From Opitutia bacterium (GTDB taxonomy: Bacteria > Verrucomicrobiota > Verrucomicrobiia > Opitutales > T3Sed10-336), in NCBI GenBank assembly GCA_050506795.1, contig JBJHCF010000048.1:1-36088 (forward strand): a stretch of DNA of 36,088 nt. The letters are read 5' to 3'. Position numbers and translations under genes: made by a program. Positions 9,513-20,649 of the stretch are shown here, piece by piece. Numbering within the stretch: position 1 is the stretch's first letter; every line of letters starts with the position of its first letter. The notes below the pieces were generated by a model. It made no database searches, was not told the origin of the DNA, and saw only the letters and a list, made by a program, of their open reading frames with translations.

Positions 9513-10481
9513 TCAAATCAGCCGGTGGGCCGCCTGAGATTTGATCAGGTTCGGTTCCAGAAAGGAATTCAGGTAACCGGCAACCTTTTCGCTGCTCGTC
9601 CCGAAACCCTCGTTGTAGAGAAAACGCTCCATGTCGTACAGCATTTCCAGTGCCGATGTGTAACGATTGTCACGTTTTTTTTCCAGAGCTTTGGTCAGGA
9701 TGGAATTGAGGTGGCCGTTGATGTCGGAACGGAGGGATGGGAAATGGGGTGTGGGCATGTGGCGGACGTTGTTCCAGGTGGCCTGGTGGTCGTCGGCGAG
9801 AAAGATGTTGTGCCCCAGGAGGACCTCGCTGAGCACCGCGCCGAGGGAAAACAGGTCCGCCCGGGCGTCGGTGCATTCGTAGTTGGCCTGCTCCGGGGAG
9901 GTGTATTCGGGTTTGCCGGGAATGATCTGGCCTTCCCCATCGTGCATGAGGTCCAACGCCTTTGCGATGCCGAAATCGGTCAGTTTCACCTCGCCGTTGG
10001 GAGAAACGATGACGTTCTTCGGATTGACGTCGCGGTGAACGATGTTGAGCGGACGGTGATCTTTGCGCCGCTTGCGGTGGGCATAGGCCAGGCCGCGGCA
10101 GACACGGACCGCAATGAACACCGCGATGTCCACGGGAATGGACATCTGGAGTTCCACATGCTTGCGAACGAGTTCGTCCACCGTAAGCCCGTCCACGAAC
10201 TCCATCACCATGAAGTATTGTCCCGAGATTTCACCCAGATGATAAATCTGGACGATATTGGCGTGAATCAAATCCGCCGCCAGAAGGGCTTCGCCAATGA
10301 AATTCTCGCGAAACTCCTCGATCTCCGAGTATTCCTCCCGGATCAGCTTCACGGCGACCCGTTTCTCGAAGCGGTTGGCGCCCCGTTGGCGCGCTTCATA
10401 GACGATTCCCATCCCGCCTTCGGCAATACGCCGGACGAGTTCGAAATGTACTTCGTTGAAGATATGTCGGATCTCAGCCAT
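9513..10481 (-). CDS. Hanks-type Ser/Thr protein kinase, soluble catalytic domain only
   Basis: IAEGGMGIVY, VAVK, HRDVNPKN, TDFG, GKPEYTSPEQ, ADLFSLG; start placed at ATG 10481 because the longer ORF overlaps the IscA gene. Confidence 0.92.
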   Translation of the reverse strand: MAEIRHIFNEVHFELVRRIAEGGMGIVYEARQRGANRFEKRVAVKLIREEYSEIEEFRENFIGEALLAADLIHANIVQIYHLGEISGQYFMVMEFVDGLTVDELVRKHVELQMSIPVDIAVFIAVRVCRGLAYAHRKRRKDHRPLNIVHRDVNPKNVIVSPNGEVKLTDFGIAKALDLMHDGEGQIIPGKPEYTSPEQANYECTDARADLFSLGAVLSEVLLGHNIFLADDHQATWNNVRHMPTPHFPSLRSDINGHLNSILTKALEKKRDNRYTSALEMLYDMERFLYNEGFGTSSEKVAGYLNSFLEPNLIKSQAAHRLI

Positions 10482-10617
10482 TCCGGGAACGCCCGTCAAA
10501 CAGGGTGTAGCATGATTAATGCCGTCAATCCACCTAAAAGTGAAATTTCCAGGTGGATTGGGGATTCGTCGGGGTCGACGGTTGACAGAATCGGTGGGTC
10601 GGCGGTAGGTTTTAGCG

Positions 10618-10935
10618 ATGATTCGACTTTCCGAAGAGGCGGCCGCCAAACTCAAGGCGATGAAAGGGGAACTCGGCGACGAATCCAAGTTCGTCCGGCT
10701 GTTTGTTGAGTCGGGCGGCTGTTCCGGATCCAAGTACGGCATGTCTTTCGATGCTCCGCGGGATAACGATGTGCGGGTGGAGGATGCCGGAGTCGGCATC
10801 GTTCTGGATCCCGAGAGTTACGAGCGCTTGAAGGATGTGCGGATCCATTTCGACGACGGTCTGCACGGCAAGGGATTCGAGATCATAAACCCGCAGGCCA
10901 GCAGCACTTGCGGTTGCGGGAAATCGTTTAATTGA
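10618..10935 (+). CDS. A-type Fe-S carrier (HesB/IscA/ErpA family)
   Basis: GGCSG and C-terminal TCGCGKSF. Confidence 0.95.
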   Translation: MIRLSEEAAAKLKAMKGELGDESKFVRLFVESGGCSGSKYGMSFDAPRDNDVRVEDAGVGIVLDPESYERLKDVRIHFDDGLHGKGFEIINPQASSTCGCGKSFN

Positions 10936-11179
10936 CGGTTCTCGCCGTTGCTGGGAATTCGGTCGTTCGGATGGCGCCGAATTGAGACTCCGTCGTGCGG
11001 ATCTGCTTCGAAGTCATAGTGGCGTTTGACCCCGGCAAAGCCGCGCGATATAGACGGAACTAAGCGATTACCGGCATCTGCCGCCTGCTTTATGCGCCCG
11101 AATTCGGGCGGAGTTTCACCGTTGTGAAAGCCGGAGCCTTTGGGGGCGGCGGGCCTTTATATCCGCGGGAGATGCTGTC

Positions 11180-11208
11180 TTGACACCTTTTTGCGCCACC
11201 TCTAACTT
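11180..11208 (+). promoter_or_regulatory. Putative sigma70 promoter of the nusA-infB operon
   Basis: TTGACA (11180-11185), 17-bp spacer, TAACTT (11203-11208), about 65 bp upstream of the nusA ATG. Confidence 0.65.
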
Positions 11209-11272
11209 CGACCGTTTAACACTGCTGTCCGGGGAGGTATTCCCGGCGGCTACGCTATTTTACAACTTACTA

Positions 11273-12532
11273 ATGAGCAGCGAAATACTTTCAGTACTGG
11301 AACACATGGAGAAGGAGAAGGGGATCCGTCGTGACGACATGATCTCAGCGATCGCCAGTGCCATAAAGAATGCGGCTCAGAAAGGGGTTAACGCCGGACA
11401 GGAACTTCGTGTGGAGATCAATCCCCGGAACGGAGCGCTGAAAGCTTTCGCCCAGTATCAGGTGGTTGACTCCGTGAGCGATCCGAAACGGGAAATTCAC
11501 ATCGAAAAGGCGCGGGCGCTTCAGTCCGACGTCGCCCTGGGAGATGTCCTGGAAAAGGAAGTCGATCCGTCCCACCTCGGAAGAATTGCCGCTCAATCCG
11601 CCCGCCAGGCGATCATGCAGCGACTGAGGCAGTTCGAAAAGGACCGCATCTACGACGACTACAAGGACAGTGTGGGGAACATTGTATCAGGGGTTGTGCG
11701 GCGGCGGGAGCGCGGCGATCTGATTGTCGACCTCGGCCGCGCCGAAGCCATTTTGCCGCCCAAAGAAAGAGTTCCTGGAGAGGATTACTCCCCGGGTGAA
11801 AGGATTCGTTGCCTCCTGCTCAAGATCGAATCGAGCAACCGCGGCCCGGAGTTGATTCTGTCGCGGGCCAATCCCAATTTCATCCGCCGGCTCTTCGCAC
11901 TGGAAGTCACCGAAATCGCGGACAACACGGTCAAGATCGAAGCGATGGCTCGCGAGCCCGGCTACCGCACGAAGATCGCGGTTTCCAGTTCCGATCCCAA
12001 AGTCGATCCGGTCGGCGCCTGCGTGGGTGCCCGCGGCGCTCGCGTGAAGAGTATTGTGCGGGAGTTGGCCGGTGAGAAGATCGATATCGTCCGGTACCAC
12101 AAGGATCCCACCGAGATGTTGATGGAAACCCTGAAACCGGCGGTCCCCAAGAATATATCGATCGACGAAAAGGGTCGTAAGATCTACTTCGAGGTGTCCG
12201 AGGATGACCTCGCGGTCGCCATCGGCCGTCGCGGCCAGAACGCGCGTCTCACTTCCCGCCTCATGGGTTGGAAGCTCGACGTGGCCAAGGAGAAATCACA
12301 AAAACTTGATTTCGAGGACAAGAAACGGTTGGCCGCCGAGGGACTCAATCAGATCCAGGGGATTGAGCCGGAAATGGCCGAACGCCTGGTGGCCCGGGGC
12401 TTTGTCAGTCCCGAAGCGTTTGTCGGTGTGGAGAAGGAAGATCTGGTCGATGCCGGTTTTGAGCCCGGTGAAGCGGAGGATATTCTCCAGAAAGTCTCCG
12501 CTTACTTCAACCCTGAGAATGCGGCCAACTAG
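11273..12532 (+). CDS. nusA: Transcription termination/antitermination factor NusA
   Basis: [11 protein letters not shown]1 domain, KH motifs [31 protein letters not shown]; start at ATG 11273. Confidence 0.97.
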   Translation: MSSEILSVLEHMEKEKGIRRDDMISAIASAIKNAAQKGVNAGQELRVEINPRNGALKAFAQYQVVDSVSDPKREIHIEKARALQSDVALGDVLEKEVDPSHLGRIAAQSARQAIMQRLRQFEKDRIYDDYKDSVGNIVSGVVRRRERGDLIVDLGRAEAILPPKERVPGEDYSPGERIRCLLLKIESSNRGPELILSRANPNFIRRLFALEVTEIADNTVKIEAMAREPGYRTKIAVSSSDPKVDPVGACVGARGARVKSIVRELAGEKIDIVRYHKDPTEMLMETLKPAVPKNISIDEKGRKIYFEVSEDDLAVAIGRRGQNARLTSRLMGWKLDVAKEKSQKLDFEDKKRLAAEGLNQIQGIEPEMAERLVARGFVSPEAFVGVEKEDLVDAGFEPGEAEDILQKVSAYFNPENAAN

Positions 12533-12609
12533 GAACTACCGTTCCTCGTGGTCCCCACGGGTGATTGTCTCCGTGAACTCCGCAAAGAGCAAAGATTGCA
12601 TTGTTACTG

Positions 12610-15072
12610 ATGAGCGTACGAATACATCAAATTTCCAAACAGACCGGCGTAGCGAATAAAGAATTGATTGCTCTCTTGACCGAGCGGGGCTTCAACGTCA
12701 CCAGCCCATCCAGTTCCATTGACAACATATCCGCCGAATCCTTAATCGAGGAGCTCCAGACCGGCTCCGCCGAGCAGACGGAGGAAAAGAGCGATACTCC
12801 CGAGCCGGCATCTCCGGAAAAGACTCCGGAAGCCCGGAGGTCCCCGGAGACCATGGCGACACCGGAAACGAGTGCGGTGTCCGAGGAGCAGGCGGAGAAT
12901 ACCGAAAGTGCGCCGCCGCCGAGTTCTCCCCGGCCGGGCGGTTTGCCGCCCGGGGTGTTTGTCAAATCGGCCGAAGATATCCGTCGCGAGCGTCAGGAAA
13001 AAGAGGAGAGTAAGCAGAAGGTGCAGCGTCCGGCTCCCACGCCGGTCACGCCGCCCGCCGCTCCCGCGCGTCCGCCCGCGCCGCCGACTCCTCCCGCCGT
13101 CGCGAAACCACCGCCGCCCGCACCGCGTCCACCGGCCGGACCAAAGCCGCTTGCCGCTCCGTCCGTGCCGCCCGGGTTCCCCGGAGTCCGGCCCCCGGCA
13201 CCACCTTCCGCCGGCACACCGGCCTCGGAGGACAAAACAGGAGAGCAATCCGCCGAAACCGCCCCGGCCGGGGAGGATTCAGTTGAGGACGAGCTTCAAA
13301 TCATTCACGTCAAGCCGCCGATCGTGGTGCGTGACTTCGCCGAACAGTTGGGAATCAAGCCTTTCCGCCTGATTTCCGAGCTCATGGAGATGAATATTTT
13401 CGCCTCCATGAATCAGGTGATCGACGAAAACGTCGCTCAGGACGTGGCCGGCAAACATGGATTCCTCCTCGACGTCAAACACCGCAAGGCGGCGACCGCT
13501 CCGGCTGGAAAACACAAAGAGGTCGACGTCGAGGACGTCGACGACAGCAAATTCATGGAGCCGCGTCCTCCGGTGGTCTGTATCCTCGGTCACGTGGATC
13601 ACGGCAAAACCACCCTGCTGGATTATATCCGCAAAAAGAATGTGGCCGGCGGCGAAGAGGGAGGCATTACGCAGCATATCGGAGCCTATCAGATCGAGAC
13701 TTCGGGGCAACAGATCACCTTTTTGGATACGCCGGGACACGCGGCATTCAACAAGATGCGCGAGCGGGGCGCCGGTGTGACGGATGTCGCCGTGCTGGTT
13801 GTGGCGGCGGACGATGGTTTCAAGCCGCAAACCGACGAAGCTTTAAAGCACGCGCAGGCCTCCGCGGTGCCGATCGTTGTGGCGGTGAACAAGATGGACA
13901 CCAAGGGCGCCGATCTCGACCGGGTCAAACGTCAGATGCAGGAAAGGGGCATCCCGCCGGAAGACCTGGGCGGCGAAACCATCGTGGCGCCGATTTCTGC
14001 GATCAAAGGCGAAGGGATCGATTATCTACTGGAGATGATTCTGCTTCAGGCCGAGATTCTTGAGCTCAAGGCGAATCCCAAACGTAAGGCGGAAGGTATC
14101 ATCATAGAATCCGAAATTGAAGTCGGACGGGGGCCGTCGGCCACTGTGATCGTGCGTCATGGGATTCTCAAGACCGGTGATGTTGTTGTGTGCGGTCCCG
14201 TCTATGCCAAGGTTCGCGCCATGTTCAATGACGAAGGCAAACCGGTGAAAGCGGCTCCGCCGTCAACTCCCGTGCGTGTCATCGGTTGGACCGAAGCGCC
14301 CGGTGTGGGTTCGATCTTCAAGGAGGTCAAAAACGAACGCGAGGCGCGCCGCCAGGTCGAGGAGACCCAGGTGGAAGCGCGTCGCCCGGTCGAACCGGAA
14401 GCCGGGACCGCACAACCGCAGACCTTGGAGAACCTGTTCGACGCCATTGAAAGCGCCCGGAAAAAGACGTTTCGTGTCGTGGTGCGGTGCGACGTGCAGG
14501 GGTCTTTGGAGGCGGTTACGGGGCTGTTGCTGGGCATCGAGAGCGATAAAGTGGATTTGGAGATTCTTCAGGCCGGAGTGGGGCCGATCAGCAGGAAGGA
14601 CGTTCTCATGGCGGGCACCGCCGAAGCCGCGATCATCGGGTTTAATGTGAAGATGGAACCGGGAGTGGACAAGGCGGCGAAACACGCCGGGGTGCCAATT
14701 TATCAGTTCAGCATCATCTACCAGTTGGTCGATCAAGTGAAGGAGATCATGGCGACCATGCTCGATCCGGAATTGATCGAAAGCAAGCTGGGCGCCGCCG
14801 AGGTACGCCAGGTGTTCCCGGTGGCCAAGAGCTTTATCGCCGGATGTCTTATCACCGAGGGCAAGGTGGCCCGCAATGCCCGTGCCCGGGTTACCCGGGG
14901 AGGGGAGGTCGTGGCCGAAACACGTATCGCTACTCTCAAGCGCTTCAAAGACGATGTCACCGATGTCCGCGCCGGTATGGAGTGCGGTATTGGTCTCGAA
15001 AAATGGAGTCGATTTGAAGAAGGCGATGTCATCGAGTGCTTCGAGGTTACGGAAAAACGTCCGACTCTTTAA
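12610..15072 (+). CDS. infB: Translation initiation factor IF-2
   Basis: GHVDHGKTT, GGITQHIGA, DTPGH, NKMD, LKRFKDDV; Pro/Ala-rich N-terminal linker. Confidence 0.98.
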   Translation: MSVRIHQISKQTGVANKELIALLTERGFNVTSPSSSIDNISAESLIEELQTGSAEQTEEKSDTPEPASPEKTPEARRSPETMATPETSAVSEEQAENTESAPPPSSPRPGGLPPGVFVKSAEDIRRERQEKEESKQKVQRPAPTPVTPPAAPARPPAPPTPPAVAKPPPPAPRPPAGPKPLAAPSVPPGFPGVRPPAPPSAGTPASEDKTGEQSAETAPAGEDSVEDELQIIHVKPPIVVRDFAEQLGIKPFRLISELMEMNIFASMNQVIDENVAQDVAGKHGFLLDVKHRKAATAPAGKHKEVDVEDVDDSKFMEPRPPVVCILGHVDHGKTTLLDYIRKKNVAGGEEGGITQHIGAYQIETSGQQITFLDTPGHAAFNKMRERGAGVTDVAVLVVAADDGFKPQTDEALKHAQASAVPIVVAVNKMDTKGADLDRVKRQMQERGIPPEDLGGETIVAPISAIKGEGIDYLLEMILLQAEILELKANPKRKAEGIIIESEIEVGRGPSATVIVRHGILKTGDVVVCGPVYAKVRAMFNDEGKPVKAAPPSTPVRVIGWTEAPGVGSIFKEVKNEREARRQVEETQVEARRPVEPEAGTAQPQTLENLFDAIESARKKTFRVVVRCDVQGSLEAVTGLLLGIESDKVDLEILQAGVGPISRKDVLMAGTAEAAIIGFNVKMEPGVDKAAKHAGVPIYQFSIIYQLVDQVKEIMATMLDPELIESKLGAAEVRQVFPVAKSFIAGCLITEGKVARNARARVTRGGEVVAETRIATLKRFKDDVTDVRAGMECGIGLEKWSRFEEGDVIECFEVTEKRPTL

Positions 15073-15093
15073 ACGGTAGAATTCCAGGGCGAC

Positions 15094-15441
15094 ATGAGCC
15101 AGCGAGGCGTCAGAGTCAACGAACTGATCAAGCGCGAGATCAGCGACATCCTTCACACCCGTTTTAGGGGCGAGGCGGTCTATATTACGATCTTCGACGT
15201 GGAGGTGGCGCCCAACCTGCGACATGCCCGCGTGTTCTTTTCCGTATTGGGCGATGAGGCCAGGGTTCGGGAATCGCAGGCCTGGCTTGACCGGAAGCGC
15301 GACGAGATCCGTCATCAGCTGAGTAAACGCGTCGTGTTGAAATACCTGCCTCACCTCGAATTTCTTCACGACACTTCGATCGAGCGGGGAATGGATCTTA
15401 TTGATCTGATGGACCGCGTCGAAGAAGAAGAGGAAAGGTAG
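15094..15441 (+). CDS. rbfA: Ribosome-binding factor A
   Basis: RVNELIKREIS..., LKYLPHLEF.HD.S; located after infB. Confidence 0.95.
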   Translation: MSQRGVRVNELIKREISDILHTRFRGEAVYITIFDVEVAPNLRHARVFFSVLGDEARVRESQAWLDRKRDEIRHQLSKRVVLKYLPHLEFLHDTSIERGMDLIDLMDRVEEEEER

Positions 15442-15447
15442 TCGGGC

Positions 15448-16440
15448 ATGTTTTATCCCCATGCTTCACCCGAATTTGGGAAATGGGTAGAATCCCTGCG
15501 CGGAAAGCGGGTCGCGGTGGTCGGGCATGCCCGGCCGGATGGCGATTGTGTCGGTTCCCAGGTCGCGCTCGCCCGCGTCCTGCGTCAGGTCGGGGTGGAA
15601 GCGCTTTGCGTGAATCAGGATTGCGTGCCCCGCCGCCTGGAATTTGTGACGCGGGAGGAACGCTTTCGGGAGCCGGGTGCCTGGATGAGAGAGGATTGGA
15701 CGGCGGTGTCGGTGGACTGTGCCGATCCCAACCGTCCCGGCGAAACGGTCAGGTCCGCGGTATCCGGATACGAGGCGAATATCGACCACCATATTTCCAA
15801 CACCCGTTTTGCCCGCCAGAATTTTGTCGAAGACAGTTCGGCAGCGACCGCTGAGGTTCTCGGAGGCTTTTTTTTCGACAACCAATACCCTATCGACCCG
15901 GTGACGGCGCAGGCCCTTTATGTGGGGATCGCCACCGACACCGGACAATTCCGGTTTCCGGCCACCTCCCGGCGCGTTTTTCAGATTTGCGGCCGACTGC
16001 TTGAACTGGGCGCCGATCCCGCGCTTGCCAGTACGCATTTGTATGAGCAGGAGTCCATGGGCAAGATGAAGCTGCTGCAGGTTTACCTGGCCAGTCTGCG
16101 CATGGAGTGCGATCACCGGGCGTGTATCGGAGTGTTGCCCCGGGATGCATTCGATTCAACCGGGGCGGGCTTGGAGGATACGGAGGGATTGGTTGATTAC
16201 GCCCGTTCGATTCATGGCGTTGATGTCGGAGCGATTATCGAGGATCGCGGAAACGAGGTGAAAGGCAGTCTTCGGGCCAAGGATGGGCGGTTCCGGGTCA
16301 ATGACCTCGCCGCCCGTTTTGGCGGCGGGGGCCACGTTTGCGCCGCAGGGTTTACCGTGGAAATGACAATGGAAACGTTTTACCCGCGTTTTCTGGAGGA
16401 ACTGCGCGAGCATTTTCGCGCGGTGGAGATGGAGAACTGA
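15448..16440 (+). CDS. DHH/DHHA1 phosphoesterase (NrnA-like)
   Basis: HARPDGD, VDC, NIDHH, GIATDTG, SLR and GGGGH motifs. Confidence 0.92.
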   Translation: MFYPHASPEFGKWVESLRGKRVAVVGHARPDGDCVGSQVALARVLRQVGVEALCVNQDCVPRRLEFVTREERFREPGAWMREDWTAVSVDCADPNRPGETVRSAVSGYEANIDHHISNTRFARQNFVEDSSAATAEVLGGFFFDNQYPIDPVTAQALYVGIATDTGQFRFPATSRRVFQICGRLLELGADPALASTHLYEQESMGKMKLLQVYLASLRMECDHRACIGVLPRDAFDSTGAGLEDTEGLVDYARSIHGVDVGAIIEDRGNEVKGSLRAKDGRFRVNDLAARFGGGGHVCAAGFTVEMTMETFYPRFLEELREHFRAVEMEN

Positions 16441-16443
16441 AAT

Positions 16444-17178
16444 ATGGTGACGGGAAGCTCCGATAATAGAGAGTTGGAGGGCATCCTCCTGATCGATAAA
16501 CCCGCGGGATGCACCTCGCACGACGTCGTCGCGCGTCTTCGCCGCACACTGAAGATCAAGCGTATCGGCCATGCGGGTACATTGGATCCCATGGCCACCG
16601 GGTTGCTGGTGGTGCTGGTGGGCAAGGCGACCAAAGCCTCACAATTCCTGATCAGTGTCGACAAGGAGTATGAAGGCACCATTTTTCTCGGACGCACGAC
16701 CAACACCCAGGACGCGGAAGGTGAAGTGATGGTGGAGACGCCGGTGCCACCCTTGAGCGACGAGGAAATTCAGCAACACATGGCTTCTTTCCTGGGGGAT
16801 CAATATCAGACCCCTCCGATGCATTCCGCGATCAAGATGAAGGGAGTGCCGCTGTATAAGCTCGCGCGCAAGGGGAAGGAGGTGGAGCGGGAACCCCGGT
16901 TTATTCGCGTCTCCCGCCTTGAAGCATTGCGTGTTTGTCTGCCGGAGATCGATTTCCGTGTCGCCGCCTCCAAAGGATTTTATGTGCGGACTTTGGCCCA
17001 CGACTTTGGCGCCCGGATCGGATGCGGGGGACACCTTTCTCGTCTCAGACGAACCCGGGCCGGGGATTTCTCCCTTTCCAACGCCACCCCTTTGGAGGCC
17101 GTCGAGGCCATGAGTTTATCGGAAATCTCTCGAATCCTTCTGCCGGTGCGGCAGGTAATCCCGTCCCAGGCATTGTGA
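16444..17178 (+). CDS. truB: tRNA pseudouridine(55) synthase
   Basis: [30 protein letters not shown]. Confidence 0.96.
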   Translation: MVTGSSDNRELEGILLIDKPAGCTSHDVVARLRRTLKIKRIGHAGTLDPMATGLLVVLVGKATKASQFLISVDKEYEGTIFLGRTTNTQDAEGEVMVETPVPPLSDEEIQQHMASFLGDQYQTPPMHSAIKMKGVPLYKLARKGKEVEREPRFIRVSRLEALRVCLPEIDFRVAASKGFYVRTLAHDFGARIGCGGHLSRLRRTRAGDFSLSNATPLEAVEAMSLSEISRILLPVRQVIPSQAL

Positions 17179-18131
17179 ATCGGCAGTCTCCAGTCACTTC
17201 CATGGACGACGTCGATTTGGGCGGCCGGCGTCTCCATTTGGCGATCGGAATGTTTGACGGGGTGCACCTTGGACATCAAAGCGTGATCGAGGCGGCGGTC
17301 CATTCCGCCAAAGCGCGTCGCGCGATGGCCGGGGTTCTTACCTTCTGGCCGCACCCCAGCGCCCTTTTTCGCCCGGAAGATCCGACCCGGCAGATCATGG
17401 ATCCGGTGTCCAAGGCGACGCTTTTTCTTGAGCTCGGGGCTGATCTGGTTATCGAGCAACCCTTCAACCAAAGTTTTGCCGGAGTGACTGCCGAGGCGTT
17501 TCTGCCCTACTTGCGCGAGCGCCTGCCCGGCCTGGATTCAATTTATGTGGGTGAGAACTGGCGGTTCGGCCGCGGCCGGGTCGGTGACGTCTCCCTGCTG
17601 GTCTCTCTGGCGCGCCGGGAGGGGGTCAACGTGGTCAGTATGCCCCGCCTGCAATTCAACGGGGAGGCGATCAGCAGCAGCCGCATCAGAGAGGCCTTGA
17701 CCGAGGGAAGGATCGAGGAGGCAAACAGCCTTCTGGGGCGTTCTTATTTTACCCGAGGGGTTGTAACCGCCGGTCGCGCACTGGGACGCACGATCGGGTT
17801 CCCCACTTTGAACCTACCCTGGAGCGGAGATCTTCGGCCCCGGTACGGGGTCTATGGCGTTCGTTTGCGCGATCCGGAGCAGCCGGGCTCCGAATGGATT
17901 CGCGGGGTGGCCAATTTTGGCGTGAGACCGACGGTGGAAGATTCCGTTGATCGACCGTTGCTGGAGGTACATGTGCTGGAGGAAAGGTGTCCGTTCGATG
18001 TCGGGGCCGGGCTTCAGGTCGAGTGGCATTTTTTTGTTCGCCCTGAGACCCGTTTTTCAGGAGTGGAGGAACTCCGGGCGCAAATCGCGAGGGATTGCGA
18101 CCAGGTGCGGAGCCGCTTTTTCAATTCCTGA
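17175..18131 (+). CDS. ribF: Bifunctional riboflavin kinase/FAD synthetase
   Basis: [39 protein letters not shown] start overlaps the truB stop (GTGA). Confidence 0.95.
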   Translation: MNRQSPVTSMDDVDLGGRRLHLAIGMFDGVHLGHQSVIEAAVHSAKARRAMAGVLTFWPHPSALFRPEDPTRQIMDPVSKATLFLELGADLVIEQPFNQSFAGVTAEAFLPYLRERLPGLDSIYVGENWRFGRGRVGDVSLLVSLARREGVNVVSMPRLQFNGEAISSSRIREALTEGRIEEANSLLGRSYFTRGVVTAGRALGRTIGFPTLNLPWSGDLRPRYGVYGVRLRDPEQPGSEWIRGVANFGVRPTVEDSVDRPLLEVHVLEERCPFDVGAGLQVEWHFFVRPETRFSGVEELRAQIARDCDQVRSRFFNS

Positions 18132-18142
18132 AGGAGAAGGCG

Positions 18143-18631
18143 TCAACCCGCGGAGCCGTGATCGGGGTCTCCGGCCGATGATGGATCCGGCGATTCCGGC
18201 TGGCCGTCACGGGACGGCGTGGATAAAGGTTCCAAACCGAGCAGGGTGTGCAGCTTTTCAGCGAACGAAGGGAAGGAGAACGGCTTCATCAGGAAATCCG
18301 AATGTTCGTCCAATTCGTCTTCCACTTTCTTCATGGACGGAGCATAACCGGAGATGTAGAGGATCGGCATCGTGGGAAACTCTTCACGGACCTGTCTTCC
18401 CAGCTCGATCCCGCCCATCACCGGCATTCGGATGTCAGTGACCAGAGCCCGGAATGTTTTTTTTTCGCCTGAATGCAATATCTCCATGGCTTCCTTTCCG
18501 TTTCGGGCGCACTGGAATTCCATGTCCAACTGGGACAAAAGGACGGTCATCAAGCCGCGAAGGGCCGCATCGTCGTCTACTAACAGGATTCGCGGCTTAT
18601 CGGAACAATTCTGCGCTGTACGGTCCGGCAT
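18143..18631 (-). CDS. Single-domain response regulator receiver
   Basis: ILLVDDD, TDIRMP phosphoacceptor, ISGY, LMKPF; no output domain. Confidence 0.88.
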   Translation of the reverse strand: MPDRTAQNCSDKPRILLVDDDAALRGLMTVLLSQLDMEFQCARNGKEAMEILHSGEKKTFRALVTDIRMPVMGGIELGRQVREEFPTMPILYISGYAPSMKKVEDELDEHSDFLMKPFSFPSFAEKLHTLLGLEPLSTPSRDGQPESPDPSSAGDPDHGSAG

Positions 18632-18836
18632 GCTTGAAAGAATCTAGCATAATTCGGTGGGATTGAACAATCGGGGGCGACATTACCGTCTGCTGAGTGA
18701 ATCCATCTTTGGGCCGAGCGAACAAATATTGGTTTCCTTTTGCATCGAATATCCCTCTCGGGTAAGGTAGCCGGCATTTCACGTACGAACCGTCCAAACG
18801 ACGGAAATAGTAATAAAACGCAGGAAGGACAAGATA

Positions 18837-19268
18837 ATGGAATCAGTGAAGGAAGGTGATACGGTCAAGGTTCACTATAAAGGTACCCTCGATGACGGTG
18901 CGGTCTTCGATGAATCGACCGAGCGGGGGCCTTTGGAGTTTACCGTGGGTGAACACAAAGTGATCCCGGGATTCGAGGAAGCGGTGCTCGGGATGAAAGA
19001 GGGTGAAACCAAGGTCGAAACCATTCCCAGCGATCAGGCTTACGGGCCGCGCCGGGACGAGATGCTGCTTAAGGTGTCCCGGTCACAACTTCCCGAGGGA
19101 ATGGAGCCCGAGGTTGGCCAGCCGCTCCAGGTCACGACACAGGAAGGGCAGCCGGTTCCGGTACGAATCGCGGAAATCGACGACGAAAACGTAACCCTGG
19201 ACGCCAACCATCCGCTGGCCGGAAAGGATCTGACTTTTGAGCTGAAGCTGGTTGAGATTTCCTCCTGA
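18837..19268 (+). CDS. FKBP-type peptidyl-prolyl isomerase (SlyD-like, no His-rich tail)
   Basis: VKVHYKGTL.DG.VFD, VIPGFEEA, DANHPLAGKDLTF. Confidence 0.93.
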   Translation: MESVKEGDTVKVHYKGTLDDGAVFDESTERGPLEFTVGEHKVIPGFEEAVLGMKEGETKVETIPSDQAYGPRRDEMLLKVSRSQLPEGMEPEVGQPLQVTTQEGQPVPVRIAEIDDENVTLDANHPLAGKDLTFELKLVEISS

Positions 19269-19289
19269 AGCCTCAGACATTGAAGCCTG

Positions 19290-19326
19290 AAAAGGGCGGC
19301 GCCCAAGCGCCGCCTTTTTTCGTTTT
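19290..19326. terminator. Bidirectional Rho-independent terminator between the convergent FKBP and fabV genes
   Basis: AAAAGGGCGGCGC-ccaa-GCGCCGCCTTTTTT hairpin with A and T tails. Confidence 0.8.
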
Positions 19327-20514
19327 CTAAAGCTTGAGCGGAACCTCCGGGTCGACATCGGCTTCGTAGTCGACTCCCGGCATGGCAAAGCCGAAAAGCC
19401 TGAGGAAATCCTCTTTGTATCCGGCAATGTCGGCCAGCTCGGAAAGGTTTTCGGTCGTCACTTCCGGCCAGCGACGAGCCACCTCCTGCTGGACATCCTC
19501 GCGCATTTCCAGATCGTCGATGCGAACCCGCCCCTCGGGGTCGTAATTCAAGGCGCGTCCGTTGTACATCTGTTCCGCCAGCAGACGATACATTTGTTCG
19601 ATACAGCCTTCGTGCAATCCTTTCGCCTTCATCACCCTGAATAGGATGGAAATATAAAGCGGCACCACCGGGATGGCGGAGCTGGCCTGGGTGACCACCG
19701 CCTTGTTCACCGCCACAAAGGCGCGGCCTCGGTCGACCTTGAGACGGGCATCCAGACGTGCGGCGGTTTTTTCCAGATCCTCCTTGGCCTGACCAATTGT
19801 GCCGTTGCGATAAATCGGCCAGGTGACATCCGGGCCGATGTAGGAGTAGGCGACGGTCGTGGCGCCGGGCGCGAGAACGCCTCCCTCTTCCAGCGCGTCA
19901 ATCCACATCTCCCAGTCCTCTCCGCCCATAACGGTCACGGTATCACGAATTTCCTCGTCGGTGGCCGGAACCATTTCGACTTCCGTCACTTCCTCCTTTT
20001 CCGCATCCACCGATTTGTTGCGGAAGGATTGTCCGATGGGTTTGAGCACGGATCTGAAGGTTTCGCCGGTTTTCGGATGGGTTCTCCGAGGGGAAGCCAG
20101 GCTGTAGACTACCAGATCCACCTTGCCGAGATCCTTTTTGATCCGTTCCACGGCTTGGGTTTTAATTTCGTCTGAAAAAGCGTCGCCGTTGATGCTGGCC
20201 GCATAAAGGCCCTCGGCCCGGGCGGCGTCTTCGAAGGCGGCGGTGTTGTACCAGCCGGCACTGGCCGGGCGGCCGCGTTCCGAGGGGCGCTCGAAGAAAA
20301 CACCCAAGGTTGATGCGCCCGAACCGAATGCCGCCGCAATGCGCGAGGCCAGCCCGTATCCAGTGGATGCTCCGATGACCAAAACCTTTTTCGGGCCTTC
20401 CCCGATCGGGCCCTGTTTTTTCACGTAATCGATCTGTTCGCGCACATGGGCGGCACAACCCTCGGGATGGGCGGTAATGCAGACAAAGCCACGGATTCTG
20501 GGTTTTATGACCAT
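19327..20514 (-). CDS. fabV: Enoyl-ACP/trans-2-enoyl-CoA reductase FabV
   Basis: AHPEGC, GASTGYG, VYSLASP, VMGGEDW, YSYIG...[16 protein letters not shown]. Confidence 0.95.
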   Translation of the reverse strand: MVIKPRIRGFVCITAHPEGCAAHVREQIDYVKKQGPIGEGPKKVLVIGASTGYGLASRIAAAFGSGASTLGVFFERPSERGRPASAGWYNTAAFEDAARAEGLYAASINGDAFSDEIKTQAVERIKKDLGKVDLVVYSLASPRRTHPKTGETFRSVLKPIGQSFRNKSVDAEKEEVTEVEMVPATDEEIRDTVTVMGGEDWEMWIDALEEGGVLAPGATTVAYSYIGPDVTWPIYRNGTIGQAKEDLEKTAARLDARLKVDRGRAFVAVNKAVVTQASSAIPVVPLYISILFRVMKAKGLHEGCIEQMYRLLAEQMYNGRALNYDPEGRVRIDDLEMREDVQQEVARRWPEVTTENLSELADIAGYKEDFLRLFGFAMPGVDYEADVDPEVPLKL

Positions 20515-20649
20515 AGGGGTAATGTGGAAGATCGCGTTCAGAGGTCGAGATAAATTCGTGGTGCTGAGGGCTTGATGAAACTACCTCGCGATCTTTCGGC
20601 CTACAAGCTGCTAAATTCTCAATCAGGGTAAAGTCCTGACGGAAAATAA

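Noticed and set aside
9447..10709. 420-aa plus-strand ORF and other long antisense ORFs (e.g. 22385-23722, 23370-24590, 29354-30739, 14263-15462)
   Set aside because: Shadow ORFs opposite well-supported genes in GC-rich DNA, with no recognisable motifs
13020..13270. GC-rich quasi-repeats in infB
   Set aside because: They encode the ordinary Pro/Ala-rich IF-2 linker
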